Shown piece by piece: positions 21,263 to 33,879 of a stretch of DNA of 41,733 bases. The position numbers and the translations under genes are program-made. How positions within the stretch are numbered: the stretch's first letter is position 1; every line of letters starts with the position of its first letter. The notes beneath the pieces were generated by a model that had not been told where the DNA came from, searched no databases, and saw nothing but the letters and a program-made list of their open reading frames with translations. Source of the stretch: Octopus bimaculoides (taxonomy: Eukaryota); the NCBI RefSeq assembly GCF_001194135.2, contig NC_068997.1:29996670-30038402 (forward strand), written 5' to 3'.

Positions 21263-24200
21263 CTTCAAAGTGAAAATTAATGATGAAGTTAATATCGAAA
21301 ACCTTTCTGAAGAATATGGCAAACACTTTGCGAGAATTATGGTACGTCTATTCCAACTTAAGAAGGCACCAAAAATCTTATTGTTAATTTAACTCTGATT
21401 GTTAATTTGAGTTTTAGCTATGGTCTCTCAGAAACAGTCGAAGCTGGCAAATCTAAACTAATTTTATCAAGGATTACAAAGCAAAATTAAAATGAAAATC
21501 TTTTTTTTTCTCTTTGGACGAAATTTTGCGTTTCAGCAAATTATTTGTATACACGGATGCTACAGATTACACGAAAATACGAAATCAGCAATACGAAAAA
21601 CGAAATTTAATAGAAACTCGTACCGAAACTCAGCAGCGCAACGATTTCTTTCAGATTATCGAAAGGTTAAAATAGTTTTTACTGTGAAAAACTGAATTGC
21701 AATACTGACAATGAATATCGTTAGAATGTTCCTTTTTTTCCATTGGTTAAGTTTTAGATTAATATTGGTGAAGAGGAGAGGTGGCGGTGAACATGGCGTT
21801 TGCAAAACTTTATGGATTGGTGAGACGGTCAATATTTAGCTTGGAGATTTGTGTTGATATCTGTTGGGAAAATGGGATCAGGGATTGAATTTCAAGGGAT
21901 TAATGCTCCGGAGCTGTGGAGACCCAATCGCTGTGTTGTAGCTTTAGTTAAAAAGAAAAACACGGGCAAAGATTTTATATAAATAATAATTTGAGTTTTA
22001 ATTGAATAAATCAAATTTACTGTCAACTTCTCAATGTGATTGGAATGTCAAATAAATAAAAAGTTAGCATCATATGTTATTATAAGTTATGAAAATAATA
22101 ACTATTCGAAAGCAATTCTCTTTTCAATGTTTTGTTGGAAAACGAAAGAGGATGTCTTCAAGATTCAGGTTTTCATCACACCATCTATTTATTATAATTG
22201 GGTATAAATTATCCGGTTTATTGTCTACCATGAAATCTTTCAGATAAGACTTGATCATCCACAGCTTGAGAAAGTATTCCTTCACAGCCTGCCGTGTACT
22301 CACAGGCAGTGTTACGTCTTCTTGCAGCAGTTCGATCAGTTTAAACGAGGAATCCACAGAGAGATTAAGAAACTCAAGTAAATCGGTCAATTAGATCAAA
22401 ATGTGTCACTTCCACCCGATGAGTCACTTTGTATAGTGGCATTCTGACATCAGGTTGACCAAGTTCAGTTGAAATGTATCTGCTATGAATTTGAGACAAA
22501 ATATATTCAGAAACTGGAGAATTTAGGGATTAAGATAAGAAAAATTCATTATATCACCATTTTATGCCAAAAATTGGTGTCGGAATTCTAAGCAAATCTG
22601 GTTCAATATAGGAATGACGGTCTCACGGTGAAAATTGTTGACAGATCCTCTTTTATTTTTCACCCGGTTTCTCCCTGAGAACCGAGGCCTCTAAATGTTG
22701 TGGAGGTTTAAGTTTTTCCCGAGTCAGCTGATTAACCTTAATAACATACTGATCTGTTACTTAATTGGTGACCAGAAAAGGTTAGTTTCGTTTGACATAA
22801 GAAGTTAAATGCAAATGGATATCAGTTCTGTTTCTGTAGTCACAGCAGTGAATATTTGTAACATCTCTGCTAAAGACTTGATTCGGATGAAAACTTGTTT
22901 AAGGAAGACGAGAGTGCAAACTTTCATAGACGAACGTAATAGAAACATTTGTCTTTAATTTGCCTCCCCCATGACTTGATAACCTCACTGAAATGAGAGA
23001 GAATGTCTATAATAAGCTCATAATGAACAGCATAGCACGATACCTGCTGACAGACCCATCGTGTATAGGAGAAGATTTTCTCATCTACTGGTTGTCTTCG
23101 TTTTTCTTCCTGTAAGTACTTGTTGTACTGATGCACTCTGAATCGATCCATAAACAGGTAAAGTTACTGCTGTCTGACGAAAAATTCCCCGATAGCCTTT
23201 ACATATTTGTTAAGGAGTTACACACAGCTAGGTTTAGTGGGTGGAAGCTGACACAAGTTGCAGATGGGGCTGAGACAAGCAATTTCGCTTGAACACCAGC
23301 GATTCCTCTGCTCATTTTTTCTTGCTTTGAGTCGCAGTTTTCCGTTTGGACGCAACATTGAATGTACATAATTCGCAACTTCCCACGGAATAATCCTCAC
23401 AGTAAACAAAATGTAGCAACATTTTTAGGCTGAATAACCCAAAACGTTTTTGAATTGGAAAAACAAAAAATAATTATTATTTGTTTAATTAATAATGATA
23501 ATGAGATAATACTGCTGGCTTATTTTTAGTGTTGCTAAAACAACGTTAGAGAAATTAATGTTTCAAGGTGCTGAGATGGCAAACGTCTTGGTCATTATTT
23601 TATAACAAAGACATTCAAATATAAGATTTTAATTCTTTGTTGTAGATCCTGTATACAATGGATATACGACAATTTATAAAAAGAATATTGCTGCAATAAA
23701 TGAAAATGTTGAATATTCTTCAAAGCCAAAGGTCTCCAACGTGTCAGCTTTTGAAGTATTTGAACGTTATGATACAGTTACAAACTTACTGGGGTATGCG
23801 TGTATTTTGAAAATACCTAAATGAGTGACGACCGAGCCCTGCATAGCTACAACTGCCAGAAATACGGTGAAGTCATGGGACTCCACCTTGGTGGATTGCA
23901 AAGAGATAACGGAAGAATTCAAATTAGACAACGGTGCTTCTGACATCGATGCTGAACAGAAGAATCCTAGATCAATGGTCAGGATCACCTAGCTCTATCA
24001 AGATAGAAACTGCAACGCATCCATTGGGGTGGCGTTCATGGTTGTGTAATCAGGTAATGAAAGATTCACTATGATTCAAGTTCCCAATTCAAATTTATAA
24101 GAATGGAATTTGATAGGGACAGAGTGTCTTGGGAATCTATGAAAGCAGCGAGAAAGGAATCACAGGATTTTGATTCAACAGATGAGACAAGGATGATCGT

Positions 24201-24619
24201 GTTGTGATAGACACCGCAGTACAGGCCGGACTGTGGTTAGGGATGAGAAAACATTTCATTTGAAAAGGCGCCTTTCAGAGCAGCCGTTGATGTTCAACAG
24301 CGTCATTTTGAAAACGTTAACAACAACCAAAGCAATAAAGCTTCTTAACCAGAACTAAAAAAAAACAAAAAAACAAAAAAAACATTGTTTGACTCCAGTT
24401 GCCGCCGCAGTTCCAATCCAGGGCTTCGTAAGTCACATCAATGAGTACAGCATACCGGAAAATACATTATATAGCTTTTGTTGTCCACATTTTCCGGAAC
24501 AAATAAAAAGCAGCACACAGAAAGCACTCATTAAAACAAGTTTTCTCGATTGGAATTATGCATTGGGGTAAAATGTAGCAAATCTGAATCTCAGCCGGTT
24601 GTTTATGGAGGGAATATCA

Positions 24620-25330
24620 AACTTTTGGGAAAGAAACACGTGATGCTATTCACGGTTGTCAAGAAGGGGACAATAATGGGACCACGAAATGCAAAATACA
24701 TATAATCACGGTAAACGCAATGTCCATTTGACGTAATGCATATTTGCAGACGCGTTTCCCAGTCTTCGAAACAGCGATGGAACTCTTCTTGCGAAGTGAT
24801 GCCTTTTAACGCCTCTCTTGTTCTTTTTTCTTTCACCTCTTCCACATCTGCAAAACGTTTTCTTTTAAGAACCTGTTTTCATTCGGGAGAACAAAAAGAT
24901 GTTGCAGGGAGCAAGATCGATGCAACAGGAAGGCTGGGTAAGCAGAGGCATTCCATTTTTGGTCAAAAACTGTCTCACAACACTCAAGGCGGTGTGCGCA
25001 GGCGCATTGTCGTGATGAAACCACCACTCCCTACTTTGCCAGTAGTCGGGATGTTTTCGTCTCACCGTGTTTCGCAAACCCTTCAGAGTTGCCAAACAAA
25101 ATGTTTGGTCAACAGTTTGACCTGGAGGAACAAACACTGTGCGGACAATTCATTTCGCATAAACGAAACAAATCAGCATCGTCTTGAAGTTGGACTTCAC
25201 TTGACGCACTTTTATGGGGCGTGGTGATATTTAATGTTTCCATTGACTTGATTGCTGTATCGTTTCTGGGTTGTAGCTATAGCACTAGCTTTCCTCACTC
25301 CGAGAAAAGGGTTCGGATCAATTTCCAACT
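24620..25330 (-). mobile_element. Truncated mariner transposase pseudogene (catalytic C-terminal half)
   Basis: PGQTVDQ...WWFHHDNAPAHTA...DLAPCNIFLF and CFEDWETRLQICI; frameshifted; no clear TIR pair. Confidence 0.85.
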
Positions 25331-26692
25331 GTTTTCACTTCACGACACGTATTTAGTCGTGACTGCTTTTAATTTTCCGTGAGCAAGTGAAGCACAAATA
25401 TTTCTATTACGTTTGTCTATGAAAGTTTGTGCTCCCGTCTTCTCTAAACAAGTTTTAATACGAATCAAGTCTTTAGCAGAGATATTACGAATTTTCACTG
25501 CTGTGACTACAGAAACAGAACTGATATCCATTTACATTTAACTTCTTATGTCAAACGAAACTAACGTTTTGTGGCCTCCAATTAAATAACAGATCAGTGA
25601 AGTTATTAAGGTGAATCAGCTGACTCGAGAGAAACCTAATCTGCAAGACAATCTTAGCAGCATTTGAAGGTCTCAGCGGCTAGTGAGAGTGTTGGAAGCC
25701 GGTTGAAAATTCAAACCGTCATTCTTAGATTGAACCACAATTGCTTAGAGTTCCGACACTGATTTTCGGTATAAAATGGTGATATCATGATGAGCCTCTC
25801 TTATGTTACTCCCTAAATTCCCAGATTCTGAATATTGTTTGTCTCACATTTATAGCAGACGCATTTCAACTGAATTTGGACACCCTGAACACAGAATGCC
25901 ACTGTGTAAAGAGTCTCATTGCATGGACTCATCATAACTTATAACAGATGCTGCTAAGTTTTTATTTATTTTTGAATTTTCAATTACATTGAGAAGTTGA
26001 CTTTAAATTTGATCTAATAATTTAAGACTGAAAATATTATCTATGAAAAATCTTTGCCCGTATTTTTTTAAACTAAAACTGTGAAGGCTTCAACAGAAAG
26101 ATTGGGTCGCCATTGCTCCAGAACATTAATCCTCTGAAATTCAATCTCTGATCACATTTTCTTTATACAAATCTTCAAACGAAATATTAACCGTATCGAT
26201 CTCACCAATCGATAAAGAGTTGCAAACATCATGAAAGCAAAATATCGCCCAAAGAGAACGAAATTTTTTTAATTTTAATTTCACTTTATAATCCTTGATA
26301 AAGACAGTTTAGATCAGCCAGCTTAAATAGTTTCTGAGAGACCAGAGCTAAAACTCAAATTAACAATCATATTACCTAAGATTTTTGGTGCTTTCTTACA
26401 TAGGAATGGACGTACAATAATTCCCGTAAACTGTTTACCATATTCTTCAGAAAAGTTTTCGATATTACTTTCCTCAATTTGGTTTTTCTCTTTTTTTAGT
26501 TTGAATAACAAATCATTTCACTTTTCAAGGAAATCAATCAAATGTAATTATTTTATCTCATATATTATTCAGATGATGNNNNNNNNNNNNNNNNNNNNNN
26601 NNNNNNNNNNNNNNNNNNNNNNNNNNNNNNNNNNNNNNNNNNNNNNNNNNNNNNNNNNNNNNNNNNNNNNNNNNNNNNTGAATTAAATTGAT

Positions 26693-26698
26693 TTTATT
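26693..26698 (-). promoter_or_regulatory. Polyadenylation signal, copy B
   Basis: TTTATT on plus, position homologous to A and C. Confidence 0.55.
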
Positions 26699-26813
26699 AG
26701 TAAAGAAACACACATTTTATCTGATATCATTATTATTAGCAAACGTGATCCTTTGAAGTCTTGCTCACATTTCATTGAGAAGTAAATAATTTTCAGGTGA
26801 ATTCCATTAAAGT

Positions 26814-27004
26814 TCAGTCCAGTCTCTTTAGTAGGCACTTAGTGTTAGTATATGAAAAGGCGGTACATGTAGAAGATATCATACATAAACGTGAACAATC
26901 CAGAACCGAGTGAGCATCCATTTGGGCCTCGGTTACAAGGTTGTGATGTGGATTTTGTTTGAAGGAAAAAGTTGAATAAGCTGTCTGGCCATTAATTTCT
27001 TTTT
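26814..27004 (-). CDS. Copy B terminal PAN-like exon (KEINGQTAYSTF...CSRLCMISSTCTAFSYTNTKCLLKRLD*)
   Basis: Minus-strand TTGCAG acceptor, 191 nt, phase 1, TGA, four Cys. Confidence 0.88.
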
Positions 27005-27437
27005 CTGCAACAGAGAAAAAGAAAATGAAAGAAAAAACACAAGAAATATAGCAACATAAATGAAATGATTTCTCTTCATTGACAAGGTACAAGGGAAACG
27101 AAAAGATGTGGTCTATTGATTCGATAGATCGATGTTATTGATGTTCCGTTTGAGCATCTTTAGGTTAGTGTGAGTAGGGAGTGAGTTCCTGAGTGTTGCA
27201 TAATCTAGAAAGGAAGAATTGGGAATAATAATTGATGAGGGATCTAGCTGTTGAAATAGCATGTATGAGGGGAGAGGGAGAAGGGGGTATGTAGCTGGTT
27301 AACTCGAAGGTAGAGAGGTTCTCGTATTACCAGCGAGATGTATTGGGGTGTATTTCTGAGCAAGTTAGTAATGAAGCGTGTTGAGATTTTTAATGACAGC
27401 GAGGATTAATATTAACCCATCTGCCAGATTTTAAATG

Positions 27438-28706
27438 AAGTGGTATTAAACAGTTCCCGGACTAGTTCTGTAGCGTGCCAACAGATGGCAGCACATGGTT
27501 AAGTGCGCAATGAAAGCTAGCAGTGATGTTTTTGAAGCAGTGCGCTGAGTGACATCGCTGCGTTTACTTCGCAAGATGTGAAATTTTTGATATTGTAAGC
27601 TGCAAACTGCGATTTCGTGATGGGCTGGAGGTTGGAACAAAGAGCCAACGTGAAATTTTGCGCAAAATTTGGGACGTCTTCTATAAAGACATTGAGTATG
27701 CTTTGGCAAATTAACGGTAACAAGGCAATTGGTTTTACGCAATGTTACGAGTGGCACGCGCTCTTCAAAAGCAAACGAACATCCCTGGAAGACGATGAGC
27801 TATCTGGAATATCGACCACGGGCGTCATCCCAGGAGATGTAGAGAAAATTCATCAGCTTGTGAATGAAGATCGTCGGACGACAATCAATGACATTGCTGA
27901 TGTTATTGATCTGTTGTATGGATTCATGCAGACAATCTTAACATCTGAACTGAACATCCGGCGTGTCTCTGCCAAATTTTCTCTCAGGAGAAAGAACATT
28001 GCGTTAATGTCTGTCAAGATGTCAGTCAGCCTGCCGCTGATGACCAATCCTTCATGTCAAGGATCATTACTGGTGATGAGAGTTGGGTCCACAGGTACGA
28101 ACCTGAGATGAAACAGCAGTTATCACAATGGAAGAGCCCTTCATCTCCACGACCTAAGACAACACGAAAGAACCGCAGTTCAATCAAGGGTGTGTTGATC
28201 GTTTTTTCCAACATCTGCATTATTGTTCAGCGAGAATTCATCCCCCAGGGCCAGCCAGTCAATCGGCAGTTTTTACTACGCCGTTTTGAGAGAAGAAATT
28301 TGGCGAAAAGACCGGTTCTGCAGAGCGCGAAGAACCGGATTCTTCATGACGACAATGCATCCTGCCACCGATCTCTGCTCTCTCGTGAATTTCTCATCAA
28401 AAACAACACAGTATCGCTTCTACATCAGCCCTATTCGTCACATTTAGCCAACTTCCTGCGGGCTTCCATTTCTTTCCCAAGATGAAAATGCCGCTGTTTT
28501 AACACCATTGTCCTTTTCCTGGAACGAATCGCAGATGGTTCTCGAATCGCTTAAGGAAAACAACTTTCAGGTCGGATACCAAAAGTGGCAGGAACGCTGA
28601 GACTGGTCTATTTCCTCACAAGGTAATTATTCCGAAGGAGAAGATGTGAAAACATGGACAATGTATTTTTCAATAAACATAACGGGAAGTTTTTGATACC
28701 GCTTCG
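27438..28706 (+). mobile_element. Full-length (~1.27 kb) mariner with frameshifted transposase, inserted in the last intron of copy B
   Basis: TIRs (c)GAAG.GGTAT.AAA.AGTTCCCG / CGGGAAGTTTTTGATACCGCTTCG followed by TA; EQRANVKFC, IITGDESW, LHDDNA motifs; flanks rejoin as the uninterrupted intron of A and C. Confidence 0.92.
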
Positions 28707-28938
28707 TAATTGTAGATCAGTTTTACTACATCTTTTAAAAAGGCTATTAATTATTAAATTAATGCTTATCTATTTAAAAATGCATAAGTATTAATGCGAT
28801 GAAGAAGAAAGCGATATTTATTAATTTCTATTTATTTTTCGGCAAGAATTGGACACAGAAGATCAATGAGTAAAAGATGAACAAGAAACAGAACCAAAGA
28901 ACACACAAAAAAAAATAGACAATATAGAATGGTCTTAC

Positions 28939-29034
28939 TGCTAAGAAAATAATAAGAGTCGAAAACCCTTATACCACATCCTGCAGAGTTAATCTTCTCA
29001 AATGCATGTGACTGCTTGAAATCATTCCAAAGTT
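28939..29034 (-). CDS. Copy B linker exon (KLWNDFKQSHAFEKINSAGCGIRVFDSYYFLS)
   Basis: CCATTTCAG acceptor, GTAAGA donor, 96 nt phase 1-1, no stop, ~18 of 32 aa identical to A/C. Confidence 0.8.
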
Positions 29035-29767
29035 CTGAAATGGAATAAAAATAAAATAGTCCCCAATTTCTTTCCTGGTTTTAATGTTTTCCATGATTTC
29101 TTTAATATTATTCAAGAAATCCTCATCTCTTTAACACAATCGACTTTCCTATTTATATAAGATGATTTTATATTAGAAATTATCACTTCTTTAATATATG
29201 TTGTGTTTTATTTATTATCAGTTATTTTGTAGTATTAGCACAAGGCCTCAGATATGAAGGGAGGGGACAGACGTTTAGAAAGGTTCTAGGATGTTACCGA
29301 TATGTTACTGATACGTCACTTTATGCGTGATTAGACCGCAAAGGAAAAAGAAAACCAATATTCTTCATCTCTGAGAGTTTGATGACTTATTTAGAGTATG
29401 TCTAAATCATTTTTAATGTTGTATGCTATGTTTTAATAGAGAAAAACTAAACAACTACAACAAACAAATCCGTCGTACACATGATAGCAGGCGTTCGAGG
29501 TCACTCCTCAAGTTATCAACGCTTGGGCATTGAACGATTTTGTGTAGAACACATGCGTCATTTGTGTGCATCTCAGGCAGACTTCAATTGACAGCGTTTT
29601 TATGTGTCATTAAAAATCTCAGCACGCTTCAATACTAAATTGCTCAGAAATCCCATAATACATCTCGCTAATAATACGAGAACCTCTCTACCTCCGAGAT
29701 AACCAGCTACATACCTCTTCTCCCTCTCCTGTCATACATGCTATAGTTTATACCGAGCTGGTAGTGT

Positions 29768-30520
29768 CTACTGGTAGCATAGCCAGACCAAAAATCTTTG
29801 GAAATTATCTCTGTGTTCCGACTCGCAGGTAGAACGGACAACGCCGTCGCTCTTTTCTACCACAGACAATCTGTAGAACACCAAACTGGGGTTTCTGTAT
29901 TGGTTGACTGGCAGAGGGTTGTGAGCGTCTGACAACACTCTAGATGTGGAAAAAATCTGTCTTAGTCTACTCTTGATCCTGCATGATTGTAACTCTTCCA
30001 AAGAGACGAGCTGCGGAAAAGTGAGTCTGAGAAACGACGACCCCACCTGGTGAGCGCCAATCAAACTCTGGAGATGTCGCAACCGCAGCGCCCGACTGCT
30101 CATCGTCAGGCACAGCGTGCTCAGTTTTCCACCTAGCGGTTGTCGACAGCAAATGGATCGTATGACGAGTGAAACGTGTAAATTCCAAAGGAAGCGGAAA
30201 CACAGGTGGCAATGTATGACGGTAATGTTGTAAGCATTCGCCACCTCTACTCCACCTTTCAAGGATAACTTCCGCTCGGCTAATTTCTGAGTAAAGTTGG
30301 TCACCCTGATCTTTCCAGTGCTTCTCTACTTGGAGATGTGGACCAAACCATATCCCGAGTAATTTACCCTGCCTGTCCATCCAGCGCATAATGATGTTGA
30401 TGGACTGAGCGACCAGCATCTCTAGGCAAAGAGCTTCAGAACGATGTTTGATGTCACTGCCTCGTAGTCCCTTAGAGACTGCTGTCAGACTCAATGACAA
30501 TGCGTTTAATAAAGTTATGG
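29768..30520 (-). mobile_element. Tx1/L1-clade LINE fragment (region C-terminal to the RT core)
   Basis: KLLGIWFGPHLQVEKHW and RKLSLKG.VEVAN motifs in two frames. Confidence 0.75.
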
Positions 30521-30798
30521 TCCGAAAATTATCACGAGATTCTCGTTGTTCGGGTCACTTCCCAGGTGCGATACTACTGTACGACTCACAGCACTAAGAA
30601 TTACCCTGTTTTGCTGCCATTCCTAGTAAATATTGGCTAAGAGGTCCCCAAAGAAGTGTGGCATACAAAAGTAAAATTCATATGGGAGAACATCGAGACC
30701 AAGAGATTTTTCCCTCCAACATCCATTCATTCAACCATCAATCCCCGTATCTCAGCAGCCGTATCAGCTCTTGGCAACACTCCGTCTATACACAAACG

Positions 30799-31047
<249 letters not shown>

Positions 31048-31859
31048 CGGCCACAACCAGACACAAAGTGTTCCTTCTCTTTCTTTCATGTGATGTCCTT
31101 GGTCATCGTCGACAACGACGGAAGAACTAATAATGTATAGTATAATAAAACCCATCCCAGAAGAAACAGAAGCCGAAAGATAACTAAGTGGAAAATGGCA
31201 AATGAGGAAATGCAGACATAGTATGGGAACTATGGGAAGTTGGGATACTGAGCAATAAAGCAAAATGGAAGTCAACAGATGAAGGAATTCACGTAGGATT
31301 CAGTAGAAATACGAATGGAAATAAGAACAGAAATAAAAAGGGACTCTGAGAGGTAAAGGCACCAACTGGTTTCTTAATTATGAACGCGCTGCCGACAACC
31401 CTCTCCTAAAGAAAAGACAAAAACAAACAAATGATGCACGGACACAGTTTTACAGTGAGCAAGAGAACCTAAACCCGTTTCACTCTCAAGAAAAGGATAA
31501 AAGACCGATCCCAAACATCATTATCATCACTCGAATGAATGACATCGGTATTTCACCAAGAACAAGCAAATATATAAGTAATCCCTAGGTCGACATTACA
31601 ATTTCCCCTCCCCATAAGGAGAAACAATCAACGAAAACTGACCGAAACACACCAAAGGAACCTAAATTCCAAAAAGTCACTGAACAACAGATTTCTGCCA
31701 TACGGAGAAACTCCCAACGAAATCTCCCTGAAATACGTCAGCGGAGCATAAAATTCAGACACACCGAACAGTCGTAAACCACAAATCCACAACATAAATT
31801 AGGCCAATAGGAGATGCATTTATAACGTGATTACAATAACTCTTTTCGAGACCAAGATC

Positions 31860-32147
31860 AGAGATATACGGTGGCACCAATCATAGAAGAGAAGTCAAAA
31901 ATAATTAAGATCATTAATTTAGTAAACAAAGAATTAAGAACACAACAAATTAACTTATTCTCTAAAGGGCTGAAATTCCCACCAATCCCTCAAAGACACA
32001 ACTATAACGAAATGAAAAACGAATTAAGATTCTCCAAAGAACGGTACGAGAAAAATAGCCTCACGAAATGGTAAGAACAAAACCCGAGATTTCTCTGAAT
32101 ATATTTGGAAGTACCCATATCAACACACACACACACACACACACACG

Positions 32148-32201
<54 letters not shown>

Positions 32202-32280
32202 ACCCAACCAAACTTGCATTATCGTATGAGAAGACGATGCATAATGTGAAAAGGCCAAAATCCATTGTCAATGAAAAATA
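31860..32280 (+). mobile_element. Penelope-like element, N-terminal ORF remnant, interrupted by (CA)n
   Basis: IINLVNKEL..QINLFSKGLKFPPIP resembles the NLS..LLSKGLKF.P.P motif upstream of PLE RTs. Confidence 0.55.
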
Positions 32281-32699
32281 ATGAGAATCTTTAGGATATT
32301 AATAAATTTATACCCAGAGGCGTGTAGCGTGTGATCGTCGTATTGAGCATGACAGGGAAAGTTGAGCAGGGAACCTGCATCAAAGTTTAGAGACCTCTGC
32401 AAAGTTTAGAAAAAGTTTTCAATGTGCCGAAGGATATCTTATGCAACTGAAGGCGAGTGTCTTGGCAGGCACTCGTTTCATACATAAATCTTTAGGGATT
32501 ATGGACTGAACTAAACCGAAACTAATCTGAACATATTCTGATAACTCATGGATGGTGAATCGACGATTTCCACTCACAGCTACACGCACATCTGCGATGT
32601 TTTACTCAGTTTCGCTGGTTGTATGTCTACCAGAACGTTCGTCAATATCGATATGTGTGCGTGTATATAGAAATAAAAATTATAAATTATAAAAAATAA

Positions 32700-33860
32700 G
32701 GATGAAAGGTGATAAAGGAGAAGTTAATACAATATAAATGGTGCAATTAGAAACAAGATTAAAATGAAAGAAGGTTCCAGGTGGAGTCGCGAGTGTGTGG
32801 ATCTGTGGTGCAGAGCGAGGCCAAAGAGGGAGATGATAGAGGGGGAGTTGTTAACCAAGCGGAAGTGACGGGCGACGAGGGTGTTTGAACGTAGCCGAAC
32901 ATCTCTCAGATGTTCGGTGAGATGTTCGGTGAGATGTTCGGTGAACCGGTCGGCCAGTCGGCGGCCCGTCTGACCTACATATAGTTTACCACAGATGTTG
33001 CATCTAATACAGTATATGAGGCTAGAAGAGGTGCAAGAGAAGGAATTTGTGATGCAAAGCATGTGCTGATTGGAACCAGTGAAAGAAGTAGTGTTGGTGA
33101 TGAAGGGGAAGGTTTGACAGCGGGATCTGGAGCACGGGAAGGATCCGGTTGGGGTGGGGGAAGAGGAGAAGGTGCTACGGACCAGAAGATCGCGTAGGTT
33201 TCGGGCGCGTTTAAAGGAGGACAAGGGTGGGCTGGAGAAAATGGAGCNNNNNNNNNNNNNNNNNNNNNNNNNNNNNNNNNNNNNNNNNNNNNNNNNNNNN
33301 NNNNNNNNNNNNNNNNNNNNNNNNNNNNNNNNNNNNNNNNNNNNNNNNNNNNNNNNNNNNNNNNNNNNNNNNNNNNNNNNNNNNNNNNNNNNNNNNNNNN
33401 NNNNNNNNNNNNTTGATGTGGTTAAGGAGAGATGGTGGTGGCGCGATCGATTTTACGAGCGCGAGCAAGGGCGGTTTGGACTAGGGGTGAGGGCTATCCT
33501 CGATGCCTGAACAGGCGGGCAAGGTACTGGGACTGGGTCTCGAAATCCTGGACCCGGCTGCACAAGCGTCGGAGGCGGAGGAACAGGGAGTAGGGGATGG
33601 CCCGCTTGGTGTGGAAGGATGGGAAGAGAGAAGTTGAGGTAGAGGTGGGAATCTGTGGGTTTGAAGAAGGCGGAGGTGGTGAGAAAGTGGGAGGGGTGGT
33701 CAATGGTAAGAGAGATATCAAGGAAGTTAACCAAGGTGTTAGAGATAGTAGATATATAGATAGAACCTACATGTGGCGTGTAAATCTGTGGATAATGCTG
33801 TTGCTGTTAGGTTTAATCACGTGACCGCTTTCAGATCAAAGATCCTTTATCAGACATTCT
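32700..33860 (-). mobile_element. Penelope-like element fragment: RT C-terminus and GIY-YIG endonuclease, with an adjacent pLTR-like segment
   Basis: VNFLDI..FKPTDSHLYL, HTKRAIPYS.FLRLRRLCS; LIYCIRC..CGKLYVGQTGRRLADRFTEHL..VARHF. Confidence 0.9.
33819..33857 (-). ncRNA. Degenerate minimal type I hammerhead ribozyme motif
   Basis: Minus strand ATGT CTGATAA A GGATC TTT GATCT GAAA GCG GTC ACGT; stems I and II can pair; core G8 and stem III mutated. Confidence 0.5.
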
Positions 33861-33879
33861 TTCTTTTTGCTTTTTTTTG

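Noticed and set aside
32340-32640. Possible mariner N-terminal remnant (KVEQGTCIK)
   Set aside because: Too short and degenerate to support a call
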